DNA of 64,000 bases, taken from assembly GCA_038045385.1 (NCBI GenBank), contig JBBSYE010000002.1, positions 65,509 through 129,508 of the forward strand, written 5' to 3'. Shown here piece after piece: positions 61,044-64,000 of this stretch; position 1 is the stretch's first letter; each line of letters begins with the position of its first letter. Position numbers and translations under genes: made by a program. The DNA is from Nanobdellota archaeon. Its GTDB lineage: Archaea; Nanobdellota; Nanobdellia; Pacearchaeales; GW2011-AR1. Below the pieces are notes generated by a model that had not been told where the DNA came from, made no database searches, and saw only the letters and a program-made list of their open reading frames with translations.

Positions 61044-61826
61044 TTATTCGATCGTTACCTCAACCTTTGGATTTTTTGTAGCCATAACTTCAGTTAGAAT
61101 TAATTTTGTTATTCTTCCGTCTCTTTCATAATTTATTTGTCTCCAGTTGCCTGTTGGGGAAACTTTTCGATCATTAAGTTCTGGACGAGTAGTGTATCCA
61201 TTATGTGTGTAAAATTCATTTATATTGAGCAGTATTGTGTCGAGTCCGCCAAGATTTTGAACCATCGGTATTCCAAATCCAGATTTACGGGCGGAATTTT
61301 CTTTCTCCAAAGATTTTGCAATTTTTGTCATATCTCTCTCTTCATCTGAAGTTAGCAAATTAAAAGCATAAAGTGATGCACGATTAGCGTCGCGTTTTGC
61401 TAAGTTTGCTTGGTGTACAATTATTTCGTCATTCTCGTTTTTTCTTAGCAATTTACCAAGAGATCCTATTTGTTCTTGATTAATCGGACCGCAATAATCT
61501 AGACTATTAACATCAAAGCTAAAACTATCTTGTTCTTTGACGAAATTTTCAATTGATTTATTAACTATTCGAATTCCGAGCTTTTTGTCTTCTAGTGCTT
61601 GGGCTACTCTTGGGTCTCTTTCTATTCCTGTAATGTTTTCTCTTGGAATGCTTAATGGGTCGTAGACTTGGTGAATCTCTGCGGCATCAATTCCGGGAAA
61701 ACATAAGACATATAGGTCGCTTGGCTTCTGAAAACGTAAGAGAGTGCGGTCAACCATGCCTCTAAGTAAGTCACGTGCTTTTGCTTTTGCAGGATCGTTT
61801 GCATAGTCTTTTTGGAGTTGAGTCAT
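61044..61826 (-). CDS. Rossmann-fold methyltransferase-like protein (tentative; degenerate SAM motif)
   Basis: VLCFPGIDAAE (motif I-like), GIERD (motif II-like), FDVNSLDYCGP (motif IV-like, Trm1-style D.D..G.P). Start set at Met3 by TATA spacing; the track start is 61832. Confidence 0.4.
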   Translation of the reverse strand: MTQLQKDYANDPAKAKARDLLRGMVDRTLLRFQKPSDLYVLCFPGIDAAEIHQVYDPLSIPRENITGIERDPRVAQALEDKKLGIRIVNKSIENFVKEQDSFSFDVNSLDYCGPINQEQIGSLGKLLRKNENDEIIVHQANLAKRDANRASLYAFNLLTSDEERDMTKIAKSLEKENSARKSGFGIPMVQNLGGLDTILLNINEFYTHNGYTTRPELNDRKVSPTGNWRQINYERDGRITKLILTEVMATKNPKVEVTIE

Positions 61827-61847
61827 TGCCATATTGCTTTAAATTGC

Positions 61848-61855
61848 TATTTAAA
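61848..61855 (-). promoter_or_regulatory. TATA box (TTTAAATA)
   Basis: 21 nt upstream of the ATG at 61826. Confidence 0.5.
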
Positions 61856-61899
61856 CCTTGCTATTGTGTTACTACTATCGAATAACATTAGAGGAAAGA

Positions 61900-61907
61900 T
61901 TTATATA
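61900..61907 (+). promoter_or_regulatory. TATA box (TTTATATA)
   Basis: 21 nt upstream of the ATG at 61929. Confidence 0.55.
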
Positions 61908-61928
61908 GGCCTTCACTCAAAAAAGGAG

Positions 61929-62345
61929 ATGATAAACAAACGAGGAATTAACATAAGAGTAAAGAAGCAGAGCTTTTTGGAAAGCTTAGGAATTGGCTTG
62001 GATAGAGAGAGCCATTTTACAATTTCGCCTAGTGGAGAGTATATTGTTGGAGATAAACTCGGACACGGAGGAGATGTTGAAGTTGTATTCTATGATTCTC
62101 CTAGGTCTTTGAGCGCTTTAGATAAGCATATTGCTGAAACTCAAGCAACCTTGAGGGGTAGCGATTATTCTGGAGCAGTTAGAGTTTCTAGCGATAACGA
62201 TTTGATTCAATCAAGATATCTCCCTGAACTTTTTTCAATTCAAAGCAGAGATGAAGAATATGCAAGACCTGAAGACTTTAAGGATGAAGTTGATAAGATC
62301 GTTGGTAATTCTCCTAGTAAATTATTTGTTAGAAAGGCTGCTTGA
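61929..62345 (+). CDS. Hypothetical protein (138 aa)
   Basis: Start moved to the internal Met (MINKRGINI) by TATA spacing. The track start at 61812 overlaps the divergent gene. Confidence 0.55.
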   Translation: MINKRGINIRVKKQSFLESLGIGLDRESHFTISPSGEYIVGDKLGHGGDVEVVFYDSPRSLSALDKHIAETQATLRGSDYSGAVRVSSDNDLIQSRYLPELFSIQSRDEEYARPEDFKDEVDKIVGNSPSKLFVRKAA

Positions 62346-63148
62346 GAATGATCGAGACAACCATTTTAAAGGTTAGACATGAGGGTGAGGAATATAAAAA
62401 ATTACTTCCTTTTATTCAGCGAGCGCATTGCTTTAGCTTTGAACAAGCTGCGAAAACTTATAATGAATGTGAAGATTTTGAAAGAAATTGGAAACTTGAC
62501 TTGGGGAAATCGAGTCGCACTAAAGTTCTCGGCGCTTTAGAAGAAGGTTTTGCACAATTACCTGGCGATCAGAAAAAATATGCAATCGGAGCATTTGATT
62601 ATTTATTTAGAAATAATGTTCCAGTATGGTTTTTAGAAAGGTTTAACGTAGATGAAAGCTTGAAGCTTAAGGAATTATTTGATAGACACCGTTCTGCTGG
62701 AAATTTTGCATTAGAAAGATTATTTAATCAGGATGTTGGCGCTTTTCTTAGCAATTATAAAAAATCTAGCGAGATTTTTGATGATATTATCGTTTTGCGG
62801 GATAGGCATATTGCTAAAAATTTGGATTGTGCTGAAAGAGATATCCGTGTAAGATATCCTGAAATTAAAGCGGATCCTTTAAATTTTTTTGTTCAAACTG
62901 GTGCATCGCATAACCCTGAACTTTACGCTCATGAGTCAGTTAAGGTTGTTGATTTAGTTTCGCAGAGTTCAGAGGGCCCAGAAGATTTATTCATTGAGGG
63001 TAGAAAACAAGGTAAATCTTATGATGAATTGCATAGAGAAATGCTTTTAGTTGGAATAAAAACTTTACTTCCGCAGAGATATGGTCCTTTACCAGAAGGA
63101 TTTATTTCAATGAGTTATCAAGAGCTCGTTAATTGGGTTAAGAGATAA
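62342..63148 (+). CDS. Hypothetical protein (268 aa)
   Basis: 4-nt overlap with the upstream gene. No family recognised. Confidence 0.6.
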   Translation: MRMIETTILKVRHEGEEYKKLLPFIQRAHCFSFEQAAKTYNECEDFERNWKLDLGKSSRTKVLGALEEGFAQLPGDQKKYAIGAFDYLFRNNVPVWFLERFNVDESLKLKELFDRHRSAGNFALERLFNQDVGAFLSNYKKSSEIFDDIIVLRDRHIAKNLDCAERDIRVRYPEIKADPLNFFVQTGASHNPELYAHESVKVVDLVSQSSEGPEDLFIEGRKQGKSYDELHREMLLVGIKTLLPQRYGPLPEGFISMSYQELVNWVKR

Positions 63149-64000
63149 ATTTACTTAATTGAACTTTAGAACGCTTTTGCTGATGATCTTTTAGAAATGA
63201 ATTAATTTTTTCTATCGCGATTGCTTTTAATTCGCCAGATAACAACTTGCCGGAGCGATAATCTTTCTCTATTTTTGCTAATTTTTTATCATCTTGCTCA
63301 AAGAGCATTTTTAGATAGATGAATGAGATGTCTATGTCAGGATTTCCTCCGTATTTTCTATGCTCTTCTAGCGTATCTTTACCGCCAGAGAAGGCATATT
63401 TATTTATTTTTCTTTTGACTTCTTCTGCGCTATCAGTTAGGGCGATGAATGAAGTTGGATCAGAAGATGACATTTTCCCGCCGCTTAAACCTGGAACGAA
63501 GAAATGATAGGTGGAGCTGATTTGGCCAAGAGGAATGTCTTTAACTCTTTGAGTTATGTCTCTTGCTAGCCTTATATGGGGGTCTTGGTCTAGTCCTACT
63601 GGAATTATCACTGGGCAAAGACTTTCAAATTCTTCTAATTGAGGGTGAATCATGTCCGAAGCTTGTAGTAAGGAGGAAAGCATTTTTCCTGGAGTTATGT
63701 CCCCATAGACTGCTTTGAATTCCGCAAATGTAACATGTCTGGAAAGTAGATTTTGCAAGCGATAATAAGCGTTGGACTTTTCCGCATTTTTACTTCTGTT
63801 GCTTTGAAAATAAATGTCGCAATGCTCTGGCTTTAAACCTAGGGCAGCGTAATTTGTTATGTATTCATCTATTGCTATTTGTTTGCTTTCTTCTAGACTT
63901 TGTGAGCGGGCGTTATAGGCTTCAAGGTCGGCAACAGTTATGTATAACCTTGCGCCTAATTTTTGATAGAAAATCATTTGTTGTGCCACTAGCAGATGTC
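63138..64000 (-). CDS. trpS: Tryptophanyl-tRNA synthetase (archaeal/eukaryotic type), N-terminus beyond the window edge
   Basis: GLDQDPHIRLARD, KMSSS, KYAFSGGKDTLEEHRKYGGNPDIDISF, LSGELK...FLKDHQQKR. The frame stays open to position 64000. Confidence 0.85.
   Translation of the reverse strand, partial: HLLVAQQMIFYQKLGARLYITVADLEAYNARSQSLEESKQIAIDEYITNYAALGLKPEHCDIYFQSNRSKNAEKSNAYYRLQNLLSRHVTFAEFKAVYGDITPGKMLSSLLQASDMIHPQLEEFESLCPVIIPVGLDQDPHIRLARDITQRVKDIPLGQISSTYHFFVPGLSGGKMSSSDPTSFIALTDSAEEVKRKINKYAFSGGKDTLEEHRKYGGNPDIDISFIYLKMLFEQDDKKLAKIEKDYRSGKLLSGELKAIAIEKINSFLKDHQQKRSKVQLSKFIS

Noticed and set aside
62342-63148. The 268-aa protein, considered as TraB/GumN-family because of VLRDRHIAKNL and VQTGASH
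   Set aside because: The N-terminal GTAHVS-type motif of that family is absent and the match is two short strings, so I left it as hypothetical.

Overview
Visibly AT-rich, gene-dense archaeal sequence with about 80 credible genes on both strands. The archaeal assignment rests on these features:
- ribosomal proteins eL33 and uL16 (L10e)
- Kae1
- archaeal-type ThrRS (N-terminal editing domain), GluRS and TrpRS
- a tRNA with a bulge-helix-bulge intron
- a class III signal-peptide pilin
- a LAGLIDADG intein in PEP synthase
- TTTAAATA-type TATA boxes at a nearly fixed ~21 nt upstream of start codons, implying leaderless mRNAs

The many ORFans, a 3,142-aa sequon-rich surface protein and a heavy toxin-antitoxin load suggest a small-genome DPANN-like episymbiont. 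That is inference only.

Housekeeping content: asnB (fused), two tRNAs, an OBG/TGS GTPase, kae1, ppsA (with intein), eL33/uL16, gltX, thrS and trpS (partial).

Accessory content:
- four HEPN/nucleotidyltransferase-type modules, two VapBC pairs and two long NTase-HEPN-like fusions
- a ~18-kb cell-surface island (12.3-30.7 kb). It is built around the giant adhesin, whose C-terminal dockerin-like tail is followed directly by secreted cohesin-like proteins, paralogous single-pass membrane proteins and an 810-aa coiled-coil protein.
- an ORFan cluster at 45.9-51.3 kb, containing an endonuclease-IV-like TIM barrel split by a large insertion. This is my best candidate for an undescribed multi-protein system.

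Other oddities:
- an intron-containing tRNA-Ile(UAU)
- short conserved non-coding repeats bracketing a HepT-MntA cassette and trailing a tRNA
- a phosphoribosyltransferase with two in-frame stops but an intact frame
- an unknown gene translationally coupled between eL33 and uL16

All family calls come from motif recognition by eye. No database search was possible.
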